Assembly (NCBI GenBank): GCA_973895155.1
Contig: OZ316894.1
Coordinates: 23,806,709-23,870,708, forward strand
Reading direction: 5' to 3'
Length of the DNA stretch: 64,000 nucleotides
DNA from: Marsupella aquatica
Lineage: Eukaryota > Plantae > Marchantiophyta
Part shown: positions 1 to 13,994 of the stretch, one piece after another
Layout: the number at the start of each line of letters is the position of its first letter
How positions within the stretch are numbered: position 1 is the first letter of the stretch
Translations under genes and position numbers: made by a program
Notes under the pieces: generated by a model
What the model saw: the letters and a program-made list of their open reading frames with translations, nothing else
What the model was told of the DNA's origin: nothing
Database searches by the model: none

Positions 1-159
1 GAAAACGACTGAAAATGGGGTTTATTGATGGTGTTTTTTTAACTTCTTGACCAAATAATGGAGCTCAATCCCATGTTCTTTTTTCCATTTCTCCTGGTAA
101 CAGTAACTGTTTGCTGTTACTGTTTCCTGGTTCCCGTCGTTTGTAAATACCCCAACCTT

Positions 160-795
160 TCCCCCTAACTTGCCAAAATCTCTAAGGTGTCCCCCAAAAG
201 AATGTACTTGCTTCCTTGCCCCCATACCCTATCGTTGGGTCCCCACTGCCAGATGTCAATCTTGACGTGATTGGCCCAGACTAACCCGCCCCGAGTTAAT
301 TAAGCTCCCCCCTCCCTATGGCAGCCTGTTTTGGAATTGCGACATTTTTTCTTTGTAAAAAACAGCGCAAGAAAATGCAGGGAAAATGATGTGCAGAGTG
401 ACAACTTTGTTGTGTCTCTGTGTGTAAACCCTAGGGGCGAAGGTTACAGCTGCTCAAAGGTTGAGAGTGAAGGTATGACACTACTGCAAGTGGGGAGGCA
501 AATGTGTAAACATTTGCGACAATGTTTCCTTTGTAAAAACAGGGCTAGGAAGTCGATGCTGCATACTCTGGCTGGGCTTCCTCCCGGGTCTGAAGCAAAG
601 TGAAGCCCACTTTCAAAACTGGCTGCCACAGGGAGCGGGAAGCTGAACTCAGGTGGGGTAGTCCAGGCCATCACTCCTTGACACCTGGCATCAAGAACCC
701 AAAGTTGGGTTAGTACTAACCCACATATGGTATGGAGGGCAGGGAAGCAAATAAATTTGTTTGGGGGACAGGTTGATAAAAAGCTGTTAGGGAGA
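160..795. mobile_element. Degenerate foldback/MITE-like element with ~180-bp inverted arms (about 160-337 and 608-795)
   Basis: 188-228 tgtcccccaaaagaatgtacttgcttccttgcccccatacc is a near reverse complement of 729-770. 303-337 (agctccccctccctatggcagcctgttttggaa) pairs with 611-644, and 230-300 pairs with 645-705. Ends and TSD not resolved. Confidence 0.6.
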
Positions 796-2003
796 ATTCA
801 CAAGAACTGTGATTGGCTGTTGGCCCTATCTCGATGAGACTGGGTAAGTTGAATCAAAGTACTTACCAGCAGCATAGCAATAGAACTAGACAGGGCATGG
901 ATGAGTCCAAATACTTTGAGAAATCCAGTGAGTGGAGAAGACTATGTGTTGATAGGAAGCAGGACAGTCAGTACAGACCAACCCTCTCAAGGGACAGTGA
1001 GGGTGTAGGGCGCGGGCTCTCAAGGGCCTTGGCCTGATTTGTGTGCTATTTTTTTTAGGTCTCTTGACCATGGTCATTGGTCTCATCGGTTTCTATCTGG
1101 TGTGGCTTTTGTCCCCTTGCGTGTTTTTGACGGCTTTGTGCCCTTTAAAATAAATAAATAACGATATCTACTACTTACCAATATGTTAAGATAGGGATAT
1201 CTTAGATTGTCAACACATTAAGCCCACATGGTCATGACACTTGAAAAGAATGACACTTTTTTTGCATTGTCCAAAGACTTGAACAATGTGTAATATCACA
1301 ATGAAAAACATGTTTTCCCTAGAAGTTAATTCCATGAGAAGGGGTTGTGGTGACCCCCCAATTTTGTGGCTGGGCGGTAGGTCAGTCGGTCAGTCGGTTG
1401 TGAGGGCCTCATGGGCCAGCTTTGACACCCTCTAATAGTACAAAAAAACACTTGACCACCAACCATGATTCATAGGCTATGGTAGGCATCCCACCACAGA
1501 CAAAATAACAACCCCCTCGATAGGGCTCTCAAACCTCATAGTCCACAAAAAGTCCCAAACAGATGCTTGTGGCATTTTCAGATAAATTTTGCTCTCAAAC
1601 CTCATTACTCACAAAAAGTCCCAAGCAGATGCCCATGGAATTTCAGATGGAACTCTGACATGGGTCACACTTTCCCACACGGGCTGCCCGATAGGTTTGT
1701 TGTTTGAATGGGATCATGGGATCCCCTTTTGCCATAATAGCCCATGCCAGCAAGTTCAATTAGGTTCCCAGAGAAAAAGAATGGCCCTTGTTAGAGGTGG
1801 CCGACCATTTTGGGGCTGGGGTCCGGCCCGCGTCCTTTAGTAGGGGGTCTCAGCTATGATCCGCGAGCACTCTCATGGTAATCCGGGTTGAGGTTTGGAT
1901 GGACATGGCTGAACAATGTGCGGGGCTCCCAGAGCCTAGCTCGCACACTTTTGTTGTGGGATTTGTTTGGTTCCCATTGATCACTTCTGGTTGTTACAAA
2001 CAC

Positions 2004-2198
2004 CAAATTCAATAACTTGGAAAGTCTGGGCAGTGGTCAAAGGTCACATTGCAGGCAGTGGCCCTATCCCTAGAAGAAAGAATTGGATCTTCCTGGTTGT
2101 TAGGGAAACCAAAATCAATAACTTGGCAAGTCTGGGCAGTGGTCAAAGTTCACATTGGAGGCACTGGCCCTATCCCTCAGAAGGAAGAAATGGATCCA
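2004..2198 (+). repeat. Tandem duplication of a ~107-bp unit
   Basis: caataacttgg(a/c)aagtctgggcagtggtcaaag(g/t)tcacattg...ggccctatccct occurs at ~2010 and ~2116. Confidence 0.8.
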
Positions 2199-2569
2199 TA
2201 TTACTTGAGACCCCCTTGTGTACCCCACAAAGTCTGAGGGCAGCAAGTGTATGGTTGGGGGGGGGGGGGAGCCGATGGAGGAGAGAGACAGAGAAGCAAC
2301 TGAAAACAATGCCTTAGAGGAACAGGAGGATTGTACCAGGGCATCTCAAATACAACATTATTTGAGATTTTCTTGTGCCTGGAAGTGTCGCCGCCTGGGC
2401 CAACTGGCCGGGCACCAATTGTGGAACCCGACCAGTCATGACTAGGAATGGTGACCCGGACGCCCGCTAGACCGCCATTGTGGTTGCACACATAGGGTTT
2501 ACAAGAGTCCAACACATAAGTAGTACTACAAAGTACATACCACCACACCAGGCCATGGCCCCGCCCAGA

Positions 2570-2695
2570 AGCTCCAACTTAATGCAATGCCCCCAGGGGG
2601 ATTTACAAGGATTGACAATATCGATGCATATTAAGCTCCAACTTAATGCAATGCCCCCAGGGGGATATACAAGGATTGACAATATCGATGCATAT
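2570..2695 (+). repeat. Tandem duplication of a ~63-bp unit
   Basis: agctccaacttaatgcaatgcccccaggggg...acaaggattgacaatatcgatgcat occurs twice, back to back. Confidence 0.85.
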
Positions 2696-3056
2696 TAATG
2701 TCGAAATCCGTACCACCTGTGATATGGCTGCCGGCAGCCCGTGACCATTGCCTGACACTAGAACAAATATAATTAACCCACGGGGGGGCCATTACAACAC
2801 CTAATAAGTCTCGAGGATTTAGGCTAGCGCACAACGCACGTGACATGGAAGCAGGCAGACGCATCCAGCGCGTGCAGGGTGCTCATGATCAGGGAATTGC
2901 TAGAGTGGGTTTCTCTAGGGACCAAGTGGTAAGACCGAGGCCTCGTTGTGGAGTCTCCTGACTACAGTAAATCGATCTTTCTCCTCATATTACTACTGTC
3001 TTTGTTTCGGTTTCGGTTGTACCTTTGGCCAAATACATGGCGAAATAACGTCGAAC

Positions 3057-3219
3057 TAGCAGCATGCTGTAATCTTGCAACAACCCACTTCGACGATGTT
3101 AGGAAAGCCCATTATTGTCGGTTCCGTCAAAGATCGTGGCGAAGTGTACGTTGCTGTAGCAGCCTGCTCTAATCTTGCAACAACCCACTTCGGCGATGTA
3201 AGGGAAGCCCATTATTGTC
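3057..3219 (+). repeat. Direct repeat of ~62 bp, 100 bp apart
   Basis: tagcagc...taatcttgcaacaacccacttcg(a/g)cgatgt...gcccattattgtc at ~3058 and ~3157. Confidence 0.8.
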
Positions 3220-4198
3220 CACTTCACTTCAATTCAGCAGGTTCCATGAACGATCGTATGTGAAATCAAACCTTTGGAATGCGGTGGGGATGTTACCTCG
3301 GGACTTTTGATAAGCTCTATTACTGCACAACTCAAGGCAACTCTGGACGAAACTATGGTAGTAAAAAGTCCTGCACAATAGATAGATCTGATGGAGGCTA
3401 GGTCATAGGTTCCCCTGTCTGTGTTGCCTTTCGCACATGGCAAAATTTAGCAGGACAAAACCGTCCCCAGGTCACATCTCGCAGCCCGCTTCTTCTGTCG
3501 CTGAGAATATGCCAGTTCATCGACAATGTTATCTCGTCGTTTAACATCTACCACTATGGCAGAGAGAGAGAGAGAGAGTGGCTTCTTTTGAGGTGTTCTA
3601 TATGGATTTTGCTTGAAGTCGGCTGATGAGGACTCAGTCAGGAAACAATTTGCGTTGCAATTTCTAGCAGATTCTTCCATTTCTATATCACCTTCCCCGG
3701 TCTTAAAAACCTCGACTATAGCATTACCCAGCTAATGAATACTCAATTCTGAAACAATTAGTAATATTTCCGAGTGAATGTAAGATATTTTGCATATGCG
3801 ATTCACCTTAATGGAGAATGAAGTACACCAGTATGACATGTTTCGTTGCTTGCCTTCAGTGTCAACTGTACACGTTACATCACGGACATAAGTCTCTTTG
3901 GTTTCCGTCTGGAAGCTTCTACTTTCAGCTCTCGTCCCCCAGGAGCCAGGTGAAGTCTGAGTAAGTCTTGTGCAAGACTAGAAACACCTGATTCCCAGAC
4001 TAACAAGCTTAGGCAACAGAAAGGAACAATTAAGCTTTCTAATTTCAAACATATTTTGCTGGCCTTGCAGTTCCGCAGTCAAGACCCTCACTGTCTTCAA
4101 ACGTTCTGTACATGTTGCTCTACTCAATCTCATAGTCTCTAAGGTAATCCTTCTTGGCCAGGTGAAAAAAACCTCAAAGGTGATAACAGCTTTCCACT

Positions 4199-7100
4199 TT
4201 AATAGCAAAATTGGGGAGGAATGATTTTTCCTGGGTTCATGATGTTGTCCGGATCGAGCGCTCCTTTTATTGCTCCCATTGCTTTGACTGCCTCTTGTCC
4301 AAGCTCTTCCTCGAGGTACTGAACAAACCCTTGACAACTTAGTAACACATCCCATGTCGGATTTCGGAAATTCTCTTGTAGTTCACAAATGTAAACTCGA
4401 TCCTGCAACGAACGAAGATAGAAAAAAAATTACCTTCATTTTGCCGACCCCGATACCATGTTCGCCAGTGCATGTCCCTGCAAAACTTCAGAACTACTGG
4501 TTAATGACGATTCATCACAAGCCTCGAAAACCTTTCCCACTTCAAGTAGGCTGGGAAGGCATTTTCAGTAAACAAAAGTCTTAGGAAATCTCCGTGTGAC
4601 GCCCAGATTCACTTGCCTTCGAGGGCAAGAGCTGTGTGGACCATCATATTTGAAAGCCGTTGCGCTTCATCGACTTCTCCCTTGTCCTCTGGATCGAAAA
4701 GGATTATTGCGTGAAAATTCCCGTCACCGGCATGAGATAGGATGCACCTGGGAATTGGAATAATTATCAGATTGTGTGAGCAAGATGAAAGAGAAATTCG
4801 AATATTTCAATGGCTCGTAGAGCTTGCTCCAGCATACCAGTGAAGCTTGTGAATGTGAAAAGAGCTCGGGGAAGCTTACTGTCTATCACAACTGGTAGTT
4901 TTGAAACAGAAAATAAAAATGGATATCATACGTGATGAGTGGTGACGCATCAAGGTGAAGTTTTGCTGTTGAGATGCATTCTGCAAGTTTTGAAAGAGGG
5001 ACACAAACATCCTGCAAAATATTTAGGCCATCACTTGTCATTTCACGAATCGAAGGGAGCGGTACGTGCAAAGTAAAGCTCGAGTCTCTAGGTAAGGGCA
5101 TTACAGTGACCATAGCTTCTGCATTTTCTGTCAAAGTTGAAGTAGCCCAAAATGCCTCCTTCCTAATCTGAAAGCAAGGAAGCGAGTATCAGGTGAACTA
5201 TATCACTAAAGCCAAAGCAAGACAATCATCAAGAGGGAGTAAATGACCAAAATAAGAATGGAATGGGAGCCTCCGAATAGATTTTGGAAGAGATTGAGGC
5301 ATGCGACTCTCATATGCGAATCGAATGCAAATGGACAACCTATTTGGAAGAGCTTGGACAAGAGGCAGTCAAAGAGATGGAGCAATAAAAGAAGCGCTCG
5401 ATCTTTCAATCAACTTGCATACCTCCACTTTAAATGATTGAAACAAAACACTGAATGGATTGATCGATGTTTCAATTGCCTACAGCTAATTATCATTCCC
5501 TCAAATGAATTCAATGCCTTAGCATCTGAGAAGCCTAAGAAATCTGGCTATTGAGTTATTGATCCTGTTGAGGTTGTTACAATTTGTAAAGAAAAGCACA
5601 ATGCAATCTAAAGTCGAGAGATTATGGAAGCGAAGAACAAGACAAGAACTACCAAAACATTGTAACAGGTTTACCTTCCAAAGCTCCACCTTGTCCTCTG
5701 GAGTTTTAGCATAAATAAAATCAGATGCATGATGCTTCTCTGCAATGCTTTGTACAAGTTCCGTTTGCTCAAGAGCATAGGCTTCTGTATTCATAGTCGG
5801 AAAAGGAAAAGTGAAACATCAGCCTTCAGTTGATAAACACACAAAAAACTTCCTCTCTAGTCCCACCTCTTTTCTGGATTTTAACTTTAAAAAAAATAAA
5901 TTCTGGAAATTAAACTTTAGGGGCTCGACTTCGTCAAACTGAATTTCTAAGACTAAACTCGTTTCATGATAGACTTCCTCACTACCTTTGGCACAATTAA
6001 GTTCAAGGGCTACAGTTTCTTCAAGGCGTGTTGACCTGTTCCGATGAGTTCGAACATGAGAGTTGGCTCTTCAGGGTATTTTGTACCATTTGCCAGATTT
6101 ACCGCCTTCATCATAACATCATCCAATAGCTCAATTCTCGATGCCTGCATGCGAAAGCCAATATCTTCACCTTAGATTTTCATCTGCAAGTAGAAGACCC
6201 ACCCGCACCAAGATTACGGTTCACTCCCAGTAGTATATCATCCGCTCTCTGTTATCCATTAATCGTTATGGACAGTTCATGGAATCAAAGCACAAGGATA
6301 TGGGGAGTCGCAGAACCTACAACACGACATTATTTCTTTCTGCTTTGAGTTTGCACAAGGCCATCAGGAAATATAAATATTACGAGGAAAGCGATATTCT
6401 ATTCAGAAGCTCGTAGACCGGAGACTGTGAACATGTATTTTAAGTGACTGTTCAATAGCTTGCCTACATGTACCGAATTGAAACATGATAAAGAAAATGC
6501 TAAGGCTTACCTGAATGCCGGAATGCATGATAGCAATAGCCACATCAGCCGCATCGCCAATTGAGGGAAAATTGCACATAGCCACCTGCTTTCCAGAAGT
6601 GTGAGGCGAATTAAACTTCATATCCAAAGCCTAGAAGTCCTCTCTCACTCTTCCCTGCTGGCAGCTGCAGTGGGTTTTCTTGAGAGTATTTACCCCCTTT
6701 GTGGGCTGTCCGTTATTTGCTGTTTCGGTTATCTTTACTTCCTAGTAGATGCGAAAACTTAAAACTAAAACATCAGACAAAAGAAGAGCTGAAAAGTTGT
6801 AACTAGCTTCGTCATAGGGGTGAAGACGGCAAGATCTACAGAAGACAGAACATTACAGTTGAGGCTTGTGGTATCTTCTGCAGACGGAGAGTGACTTCTG
6901 TAATGACAGCAAGAGTGCCCTCGCTTCCAACAAGCAGTCTTGTCAGATCATATCTGGTCAAAATGGAAAACTCAGAACGCCACTAGCAGCCAGTGAAAGA
7001 TGTATCAAAATTCTTTAACAAAAATCAACAATCAGTAAGAAGAAATTATGGCAAAGAGTTATGTTGCCGAAGTTGAAAAAGTACTCAATAGCAGCAACAG

Positions 7101-10100
7101 TTAGAGAAGAGGACTACGAAGTCTGAGATCATTCTCTTACCCAGCAGCACTCTTCCGGGCACGGGAAGCTGTCTTGATAACATCACCATTAGCCATCACT
7201 GCCTGTAAACGTCCAAGAATAAGAGTAATTCATACTACACAATACGCCCCTGGATTATCTTCTTGGGAAGTTGTATTTCACCTCTCCTGCATTGTCTTAA
7301 TTAGAGAAACTTAGAAGATAATTCTGCAAAATGCTCGCCCCACGGGAACTGTTTCAGACCGACGTCTCAAATACGATACTGAATTCATTTCTTCTAAAAA
7401 AGACATGCCTACTATGATCTAAACCATTCGTTTTAAAGCATCAAGAGCAGCACCTTGAGAGAGATAACGTTGTCCCGCATTGTCCCATACCTGCACGACG
7501 AAAGAATTTCTCATAACATGAGAATGAATTTATGCATTATGTAAAAACATGACACTCTACTCTAGACTAACAGGCAAAAACATTAGGCCAAGTGGTATAT
7601 GATGGAACTATGGAAATACCGTACTCAATTAGGACCCTGGTAGAATGAAGTGTAAATAGTACTGAAGGTTCACCTCACTGCAAGAGAACCAGAGCAACGA
7701 GTGGCACACATCCCACCAATAGTTGCGCCTGGGCCTGCAGTGCCAGAAATTCAACTGCGTTCTCCGATTAACAAAAACGTTTAAGAAAGTTCGAGAATAT
7801 TGGACCTGAAGATTATCAATGTCCACAGAAGGGCAAAGTATGATTACCGGGATCAAGAGGGAAGAAAAGTCCATATGGCTTCAGATATTCGTTAAGCTCA
7901 ATCCATCCAATTCCCGGTTCCACTACAACATCCATATCATCCAGATGAAGTGCCTTCACAACCTGAATTATCAGCACAGACACTTGAAACCCAAGAGTTA
8001 GACCCTCAGCAAGAACAACTAGTGCTCGTTGAAATTGAACAGGGATCAATTCTGAAAGAAATCAAGCTTCGCCGCTTGCAGACATCATCACTTTGCCTGG
8101 ACACAGCTGAGACCATTCTCGTGAATTCTAGAATAACTCATGCAACCATGTCGCCTCTAAAAACTCCTCCGAACAACTTCAGCTGATGATGAGGAAGATT
8201 GGCATAAAGCCTACCTTCATCAACGTCATATCGAGTGACACCCCGCCATAGGGTGTTAGTGTATGCCCTTCGAGGGATGTTGCGGCTCCGTACGGTGTTA
8301 CAGGAACCTGCTAGCCATCCCCAAGAGCGTCAATTTTTCCCGTGCACTTTTCATAAAGACGAAAGTTTTGCATGAGTCTAACTTGTATGATTCAATCAAG
8401 GCTATTTTGTTCCTTATCATTACCTGTGAGGGCTACTACATAGGAATTCTCGAACGTTGTAAGGATGGGTAAGTGCTCATCAACCTACCTTATACTTGTC
8501 ACAAAGCTTCACAATAGCTACGACCTCTTCGGTGGTCCTGGAAGAGGCAGGGGACAATATAAACAATGACAAAGCTGATGGTGATATTGAGTTTCATACA
8601 ACAATAAGCCATTAGCGGTAGCAAGATCGGGTCAGTTTGACCTATGCAGACAATTTGCAATTAAAGATTTCCAGAGACAAATAACAGTGTCAGGGTTGCA
8701 GTAAAGATGATTGGCAGTCATCTGAACTGTAAACATCTACGAACGTTAGGTGAAACATTCAGGGGATGGAACAGAACTGGTCTCTGGTGCTTACTTGGGA
8801 TATATCACTAAATCTGGCATGTTCTTCAGCCTGTGATACGTGTTCCAAGGTTTCCCATGTGCACTTCTGTCATCCATATCCGTCACGATTCTCTCCTTCT
8901 GTCAGTCAAGATCAACACATGAAGGCAGCAGGAATTTAGATTGCGACAATTTACGAAGAGGAAGACCATAGAAGAAGAGAAAGAATTTGAAGCTGTAATT
9001 CGCAGTAATTTTAGCTAGCTGCAAGGCCAATGAACTCTAGAATTCAAGGAGGTAACTTTGGATGTCTAAGGACATTTCCAAGAAATTCCCTCAGAATCTA
9101 TTTCTCCTATTTGCAAAGTTTAGGGGTAAGACTTTAGGAGGTTTCTATGTTGTGAGTTTCAGAGAGACAGATAATTTGAGGACAGAGAAGTGCGGGAGAT
9201 TTGATGACATTTCGCTTGCGGCATTTTAATCTCTAAAATGACTGATTTTGAATGTACACCCGTAGATCAAAGGTAGATTAGACTGGGATCAAATAAGAAA
9301 TATGAACTTAACAGTACCGAACAAGACTCTAAATTCAAAACCTCTAACGCTAACCCCTTCCTCACCCTTATTTCTCAGGTCCAGATAACTGCCAACACTC
9401 CCTCATTTTTATAGAACGCAAGATACCACAACCTTTTCCGGAAATACAGGTAGCAGGTAGCTTGGATTTATAGAAGAGTGTGAATGAATGACTTACATCG
9501 CATACTCTACTCAACTCTTCAAGAAAGGATCCGGCCAAGCGTGTAGCAACCAAGCTCGATACCAAAAGTTGATCACTGCAATCTCCAGATCATACCAAAG
9601 ACACAAGCACACTGTACTATGACTTCCGAAACAACAACTGACCAAATTCCCATCAGTACGTAAACACAATCGGATTGTGAGATGGCTTAGCATCCCTTTT
9701 CAATCTTTTAGAATTGCCTTACAACGCATTCCAGAAATACTAACAGGTCAAGGCAAGCCACACCTAGCGACGAGATTTCCAGCCACAGCTTCGAATGACA
9801 TGTTCACTAGACAGCTGAGCGCAACCTCGATAGTACTTCAGGTTTATAAAATTTTATTAAAGAAGGAACAGAAATCAGTACCGACTCGGTAGAAGTTCAC
9901 TACCAAGCCTCGATTCCTAATAATTAGGAAGTGAGAAATGATATCAGTATGGGAGTAAATTTTACCTTTCATGGCGCGCTTCAGTTTGAATTGGCTCTGA
10001 TTCAAGCTGGTCTCTGAGAATTTCTACTCCCAGAAATAAACCGAATGCTCCTGACAGGAGGCCGCCTCCATATCGCCACGATGATTGTGAGCCCTCATAG

Positions 10101-10450
10101 TTGAAGGAGGACGCGGAGACACCGCCGACCAGAGAATTACGAAAGGGCGCGGTGGATATTTTCGGAAAATGCGTCACTGGAGAGGTGAGAGATGTAAAGG
10201 AGGACTTCGTCACAGGTCGCTGCGGGGCACGCGACAAGGCAGGGCCCGGAAGAGTAGTCGGTGCAGCACCACCATCATCCAAAATCGATGCACCAGTTGC
10301 ACACGAGCGATCAGAAAGAATCATCGGCCGGAGTGAAGACAGAGATTGGATTTGCTCCGACAAGGACGCGATTCGGCCATGGCACACGGAGCGAGATTGA
10401 CGAAGAAGAGAACGGAGAACCAGTGATGACTTCCCTCTGCACTTTGCCAT
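4199..10450 (-). CDS. DLD: Mitochondrial D-lactate dehydrogenase [cytochrome], FAD-linked oxidase family, ~18 exons
   Basis: Exons read manually: ATG 10450 MAKCRGKSSLVLRSLLRQ (transit-peptide-like); VPVTPYGAATSLEGH; VVVEPGIGWIELNEYLKPYGLFFPLDP; GPGATIGGMCATRCSGSLAVR; YGTMRDNV; KTASRARKSAAG; YDLTRLLVGSEGTLAVITE; DVCVPLSKLAECI; HAGDGNFH; GTCTGEHGIGVGKMK; last exon YLEEELG...ALDPDNIMNPGKIIPPQFCY with stop at 4199. GT/GC-AG boundaries. Confidence 0.95.
5346..5403 (+). repeat. Inverted (antisense) copy of part of the D-LDH last exon (4252-4310), inside a D-LDH intron
   Basis: ggaagagcttggacaagaggcagtcaaag (29 nt) is the exact reverse complement of 4282-4310. The match continues with a few mismatches to gcgctcgatc. 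Confidence 0.9.
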
Positions 10451-10986
10451 CACGTACCGAAGCGGTCTGCTATCTAGAAACTGTGGATAGAGAAGATTTT
10501 CCAATGGACTCGATTTTGGGAAGCTCCGCAGAGAAGAAATCATCCAAATTAGACAGTTTGAAGTTCGACTTCATCGAGGACAGTCGAACATGCCAGCGTC
10601 CCTGGTTATTAGTACCAAGTAATGGACGCATTAACCATAATCACATCATTAAACCTCAGTAATTAGAATGATAAATTCATACGTGTTTCAAATGGTTTTG
10701 TCTGGTTCGATGGTAATATCATGGAGTCTATGGTAGAACATTCCTTGTTTTTAAAGCTTATTTTTCTCCTTATGTAACAAAATGAAATTAATTTGCTCCT
10801 TATGTAACAAAATGAGATGACCTATTTTGGATCACAAGTTATGCCAACTACTTTTTTGTAGTTGGACCCCTGAGCCCACATGATGATTGATAGAAAGACT
10901 GTTGAGGCGGGCTTCACAAGAATGAACGGTTGCTTGTGCTAGCATTTTCCCAAAGCAGTCCCCCGGACACCCAAATCAGAATAGCA

Positions 10987-11934
10987 AAAATAATCAATGG
11001 CTAATGAACTCGGCTATGATAGGGTTTTCCATAAAGTAGGTGGATGAAAACTGCAGACAAAAACGTTCTCGGCTGAAATGCAAAGACAGCTCCCAAAACA
11101 CTAGAATGTGAGAAAAGTGAGAGTACGTGGAAGCAAACTGAACCACTCCGGCTGTGGGCACCAGGATCTGATGCCAATACCACCCTAAACAACAATACCA
11201 CAACATTATTAGGTTCACAACACCACACCATTCAGTATCACAACACCACACCATTTTAAAGTTTTCTGGCTGGCTTGACAAGAATGAACAGACATATACT
11301 TCTCTTTAGGCACTGAGATTCCATCTGAGCCATTCATTACAAGTGGGAGGCTATTCTTGACTCTACAAAACAAGAGGAGGCCACTTGGTGCAAGGGTTTC
11401 CCAAACCCACCTAGACTGAAATGGGTCCCAAGCTTTCGCTGTCCTTGTTCCTATGTATAACAGAAGAGGAAAACATCCTAGTTTTTTTAATCTCACTTCT
11501 GTGATTGTTGATATTTTAGACACTGAATAAAGTTTTCTGTAAACTTTGGGTATGGGCGAGTCATCTGCACGTCTGCCTAAAATTGAAGGTGAATCAGGTT
11601 TTATTGTCAGGTCACTAATACACTGAGGTGAGATGGGAGGTGAAAGTAAAAAATATTGCTCACAAGGTCACTAGGCCTAAGTCACCGCAAGGTCTGCTTC
11701 TAGTCAAGACAACTGATAGTTTAGGGTGGTATTGCCATCAGATCCTGTTGCCCACAGCCGCAGTAGTGCAGCATGCATCCACTCACCCCCAAATTTCTCA
11801 CATTCTTGTGCTTTGGGACCAGTCTTTGCAGTAGCTAATGTTTCAGCCGAAAACAGGTTTTTGCCTGCAATTTCACCCACAAACTTTCCGGAAATTAAAA
11901 ATCTTACTATTGCTCTTTAGCCATTGATTATTTT
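10987..11934. mobile_element. MITE/foldback element with ~200-bp inverted arms (10987-11190 and 11719-11934)
   Basis: aaaataatcaatggctaa...cggctgtgggcaccaggatctgatgccaataccaccctaaac versus gtttagggtggtattgccatcagatcctgttgcccacagccg...ttagccattgattatttt. Confidence 0.75.
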
Positions 11935-12597
11935 CACTAAGTTTCACCAAAATTCATAATTCCCAAGCTGTGTTGGCCACTCAAAGTGTGTAACTGTGGA
12001 AAAAAACTGCAAAGAAACCTCTACACGAGGGTGTATGGATTGTAACATGTGCCTAGTAAAGCCCACCCAATTAAAGAAAGCTTGAGGGTACTTGGGATGT
12101 GACTCATTTTGTTTTTTAATTTAAAATTTAGAATGCTTGGAATCTGAAAACCTACCTAGGCTGTGAAAACTGAGCAGCGTTTTATGTACATTGTGCCCCT
12201 CCCTTAGGTTGCATGCCCTCTCTGCCTCTTCATCATTCTGGTGGTTACAGCACTGTACCCGTCGAGAGGAGCAAAACTCTTCAATTGCCCTATGCACGAA
12301 TTTCAGACCAAACTCGTGGCATATCATTTGGTAGGCAGCACAATTTCTACCTCCGCATACGACACCCAAATTCCAAATTCCTTTCGCAAGACCTCGATGA
12401 TATCGTCTCGAATGCAACATTGAGTTTGATCAACACTAGAGCTTTCAAACATTTTTGCAGCGCTTGTGTCCACCATTATCAACTGTCACCTGTCGTCAAA
12501 GGAAGAGAGTGCAAAGAAAGGTCTGTAGGAGATCCTCTCAAACCACTCCTTCAAGAGCTATGGATTTACTCGTAAGATCCAAATTTCACTATTACTA

Positions 12598-12886
12598 GTA
12601 AAATTTCCCCGAAATCGTGGAGTAGACTAGCACCTCCGAGGGGAGAAGTGGGGGGAATGTGGAGAAAGGGAGAAGTAAAATTTCCCCGAAATCGCGGAGT
12701 AGACTGGCGTTAGAGGAGAGAAGTGGGTGAAGTGGGTGCAATGTGGGAAAAAGGAGAAGTCTTGGACACTTCCCCTTGTATATGGGCAGTTGTGGGAACG
12801 CAGTGTGTAGAATTTGTAATTTGTAAGCTAGTACCGTCTGTGGGAACGCAGAGTGCAGAATTTGTAATTTGTTCCCTAGTACCGTC
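12598..12886 (+). repeat. Two short local duplications
   Basis: gtaaaa(t)ttccccgaaatcg(t/c)ggagtagact occurs twice (12598, 12676). tgtgggaacgcag(t/a)gtg(t/c)agaatttgtaatttgt...ctagtaccgtc occurs twice (~12791, ~12839). Confidence 0.7.
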
Positions 12887-13994
12887 GTGGATGACAGACC
12901 AACCTCCTTTTCAACTGACGTTAGTTCGTTAAACAGTGGGTCCCGGGGAACCAGGCAGCGGGCTCGAGGGATTGTCTGTTGACGTGATGAAGAATGATAT
13001 CAAATCTCTCACAGATGTTCACGAACAGTAAACAATCTCTTCCATAGTGCAACATCGAAAAGTTGCTAATGCATGTCGCTCAAGTGGCTCAAGTGTCCCA
13101 AATTCCTAATCCAGGAAAGAGTTCATGTGGGTTCACGCGATCAAGCCTGATGATCATGATCCCTCCACACGTTCACTAACGAAAAACGATCTCCACATAT
13201 AAGAATTTGCGATTCCTGTTGCTCAAGTGTCTCAAATTTCCTGTACTGGACAATGAATCCGTGCCAGGCCCAAGGGAACAGCGCAGAAATAGCTGTACAA
13301 TTGCGCCATTAGACGCCACCGACGAAAGTAATTGCAGAAACGCTGGAGACGGAAAAAAATGATTTCCGTCGCTATAATTTAACAAAGCAAGTAAACAAAC
13401 GACACACAATTCACATCTTTTGAACACTCTTGATGATCAGAACACTTTTGACTGTCTTGCTCGGATCTACATTTTGATCTTGGTTTAGATGATCGACGCC
13501 AGCTTCAATTCATTCGACAACGAACTGATCGGGGGTTCTTTCGAAAGGATTGGTCACGTTGATAAGAAGGGCTTAGGAGATTGACGACCGGATAAGGGTA
13601 AGAGAGGTCGATCACAATAACGAATGGATTCATTTCGCATTTCCTTCCCAGAAAATCAAGTAAAGATACGAAGGACATGCGAGATTAAGATCGAAGGTTT
13701 CAAGATCGATTCGACAAGAACAAGCATGTTGATGACAAGCAGCTAGGGATGAATTTGCTACAGAATTCGAAGATTGGAGCTAAATTCTAGGGATCATTTG
13801 GTGCGGAACTGGACCATTATTGGAGCAATGACCAGATTGAAAGGAGGTCCAATCGCGGTTTCAGAGGGCGTTGAAGAATCAAATTGATTTTGGTTACGTC
13901 GTACATGTGCAATTGTGGTAGTGACACAACGAGAGGCAGGGTGCCTTTTCTTACAGATCTCTCTCATCAGAGGAGACCAGTTAAACAGAGAGCA

